Source: an uncultured Draconibacterium sp.
Lineage (GTDB): Bacteria > Bacteroidota > Bacteroidia > Bacteroidales > FEN-979
Reading direction: 5' to 3'
Length of the DNA: 64,000 nucleotides
NCBI GenBank assembly: GCA_964590675.1
Contig: CAZPWZ010000001.1
Location: 1,024-65,023 of the forward strand
The notes beneath the pieces were generated by a model. That model had not been told where the DNA came from. It did not search any database and was given only the letters and a program-made list of their open reading frames with translations. Positions within the stretch are counted from its first letter, which is position 1; each line of letters begins with the position of its first letter. This document shows positions 62,411-64,000 of the stretch, piece after piece. The translations under genes and the position numbers were made by a program.

Positions 62411-62537
62411 TGGACATGCCGGACACTTTGACCAGTCTTCGCCGGAGCACTCTGACCGCCTCTCCTTGTTGATTGTCAAGAAGATATGGTGGTCAGCAAA
62501 AATCGGCAGAGGGTGGTCAAGACCTCCGGCTTTTCCA
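62411..62537 (+). repeat. Dispersed intergenic TIR repeat, copy I
   Basis: TGGACATGCCGGACACTTTGACCAG ... GATATGGTGGTCAGCAAAAATCGGCAGAGGGTGGTCAAGACCTCCGGCTTTTCCA. The termini form imperfect inverted repeats of about 25 bp (TGGAnAnGCCGGA...TTGACCA). Confidence 0.75.
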
Positions 62538-62569
62538 ATAAAATCGATTTAAGGGTGGTAATGCAGTCG

Positions 62570-62899
62570 TCAAACTATCCCCATGAGATCCTCTTTTAGC
62601 TTCGGAATATGATTTTGAATTATTTGCCAAACTTCCTCTTCGTCAGTGCCGAAATAATCATGAGCAATAATGTTCCTAAATGCGTTGATTTTCCTCCAAT
62701 CTATTTGCTCATGTCTCATCCTGAATTCAGGAGATAGTTTATTTACGAGTTCTCCTATGGCAATAAAATTCATTAATGTGGCATCATAAGACTTTGAATC
62801 GTTGACAAAACTCTCGGCAGAATCAAAATCACCTGAGTACACAATGATCTTGTCAATCAGTTCGACCATTTGTTGCACAATCAGATTATCTTTAAACAT
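62570..62899 (-). CDS. hepT: HepT-like HEPN-domain toxin (DUF86)
   Basis: RNIIAHDYF (Rx4HxY HEPN motif). 109 aa. Overlaps the upstream MNT gene by 8 nt. Confidence 0.85.
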   Translation of the reverse strand: MFKDNLIVQQMVELIDKIIVYSGDFDSAESFVNDSKSYDATLMNFIAIGELVNKLSPEFRMRHEQIDWRKINAFRNIIAHDYFGTDEEEVWQIIQNHIPKLKEDLMGIV

Positions 62900-63206
62900 A
62901 AATAGCCTCGTTTAAGATCATAGGTCTGAAAATAGGACGAATTGCTTTTTCTCTGCATATATCGACCTTACGGCTAAATTGCTGTTCAAGAGTAGTCCGA
63001 AGTTCTTGTTTAATTTCAAAAATATCCTGTGTCCCTGGTTCGAGTTCAATGATGATATCCAGATCGCTTGTTTCATTTGCCTCTTCTCTTGCGAATGAAC
63101 CAAATAAACCCAGTTTCAGTAAATGAAATCGTTCCTGAAAAGTCGGTTTGTTTTCAGCCAGATAGGCAAGTATTTCATTTTTTGATATCATCTCTAATAT
63201 TTTCAC
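62892..63206 (-). CDS. mntA: MntA-like minimal nucleotidyltransferase antitoxin
   Basis: GLFGSFAREEANETSDLDIIIEL (GSx10DxD nucleotidyltransferase motif). 104 aa. Confidence 0.85.
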   Translation of the reverse strand: MKILEMISKNEILAYLAENKPTFQERFHLLKLGLFGSFAREEANETSDLDIIIELEPGTQDIFEIKQELRTTLEQQFSRKVDICREKAIRPIFRPMILNEAIYV

Positions 63207-63419
63207 AAAGATAACACATTTTCTCTTTTTCCATCCCGGTTAAGCACAAACTGAACTCACTGTATCTGGTTATAAAGAATCGAACTTGCGATACTAATTT
63301 GACAAAACCAATCAAAATTATTCATCGATGACCAGGTCCGATGGCTAATCCTTTTCGATCTCAAATATTTTCCCTGGTCATTTCTTTTCTTTGGTACACC
63401 CTTTCAAAGTGATCAAAGT

Positions 63420-64000
63420 CTACTTCATAAAATGGCTGAAATGATTTCTGATATCTTCAAAAAGTTCTTCATTGGCATTTTGTGGTGTTATTGAATCTAT
63501 ATACTGTTCAGGTAGTTTGAGACAGGTCAGATAAGATTTGAGCCTGTCAATGTTTGTACTGGTAATAAAATCAGGTTCCATGGTGATTGGTTCATAATCT
63601 TTAAATGCGCATTGGTATATATATCCATCACAAAACTTGTCTAAGGTAAAGCCCGGATAACCAAATGCATAATAGGTGTCCGTGGCTGTCAGTTTGCCAA
63701 ACGGAGTGTCAGCCACATCAAATCCCACCCTTTTATTGGTAAACTGTTTCATTACCTCATCAATTGCACCATTAACGGGTCGAACACAATTAGAGTCAAA
63801 ACCTTGACTTGAAATCCAGCCAGCATGTAAATAAATATTAAATGCCTTTTCTTTAACAGAGTCATAGACGATATTTCCCATTCTTGTATGGTTAAGCCCG
63901 TACAATGTATCTTTCCCAAAATCGTATAATGGCTGGTGATACTTAGTAAACGCATGGTGGCACCCAGAATAAATTAAAGCCTTTTGTTTTTTTGCTACCA
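63420..64000 (-). CDS. Hypothetical protein, C-terminal part (frame stays open to the window end)
   Basis: The ORF-track start at 63905 is a TTG. My translation upstream in the same frame (VAKKQKALIYSGCHHAFTKYHQPLYDFGKDT-LYGLNH...) has no stop up to position 64000. Confidence 0.5.
   Translation of the reverse strand, partial: VAKKQKALIYSGCHHAFTKYHQPLYDFGKDTLYGLNHTRMGNIVYDSVKEKAFNIYLHAGWISSQGFDSNCVRPVNGAIDEVMKQFTNKRVGFDVADTPFGKLTATDTYYAFGYPGFTLDKFCDGYIYQCAFKDYEPITMEPDFITSTNIDRLKSYLTCLKLPEQYIDSITPQNANEELFEDIRNHFSHFMK

Noticed and set aside
12093-62537. The dispersed TGGACAGGCCG repeats as a second, degenerate CRISPR array or as cas-related.
   Set aside because: Copies are kilobases apart and about 125 bp long, carry terminal inverted repeats, and are not regularly spaced. 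They are interspersed repeats, not a CRISPR.

Overview
This 64-kb window looks like a Bacteroidota/FCB-group genome. Many secreted proteins end in T9SS C-terminal sorting domains (NYPNPF-type motif), TAnnTTTG -7 boxes are present, and Shine-Dalgarno sites are mostly absent. All domain calls below come from reading motifs by eye; no searches were run.

The centre (about 16.8-38.3 kb) is a visibly AT-rich defence island. It contains:
- A NERD-domain protein, divergent from a membrane-anchored PD-(D/E)xK protein.
- A 908-aa pseudo-receiver / unknown-domain / HerA-FtsK-TraD-type ATPase.
- A CRISPR array of 36 repeats and 35 spacers (21720-24179), with its leader on the cas2 side.
- A tightly packed 10-gene minus-strand operon (38290 down to 24640): calcineurin-like metallophosphoesterase, DHH phosphoesterase fused to a CorA-like membrane protein, Cmr1-like RAMP, HD-less GGDD-intact Cas10, Cmr3, Cmr4, putative Cmr5-Cmr6 fusion, stand-alone Cas6, RT-Cas1 fusion, Cas2.

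I read the operon as a type III-B, nucleotide-signal-to-membrane-effector system with RNA-capable spacer acquisition. Its least-described parts are the translationally coupled metallophosphoesterase and the neighbouring pseudo-receiver ATPase. The ATPase's upstream region shares a TTCGCAAAT motif with the CRISPR leader.

A second notable signal is a dispersed, strictly intergenic repeat family of about 125 bp with imperfect terminal inverted repeats (TGGACAGGCCG ... CGGCCTGTCCA). I found at least 9 copies, all in the same orientation.

The flanks carry:
- An ABC transporter.
- A four-gene T9SS cargo cluster next to a LytS/LytTR two-component system with shared direct-repeat operators.
- A choloylglycine-hydrolase-family gene.
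- Several sensor kinases.
- A 1654-aa C10-peptidase-like/FG-GAP protein whose catalytic Cys is replaced by Ser.
- An orphan encapsulated-ferritin-like gene.
- A GC-rich 1035-aa protein with tandem repeats.
- A HepT/MntA toxin-antitoxin pair.

I recognised no rRNA, tRNA, integrase or transposase.
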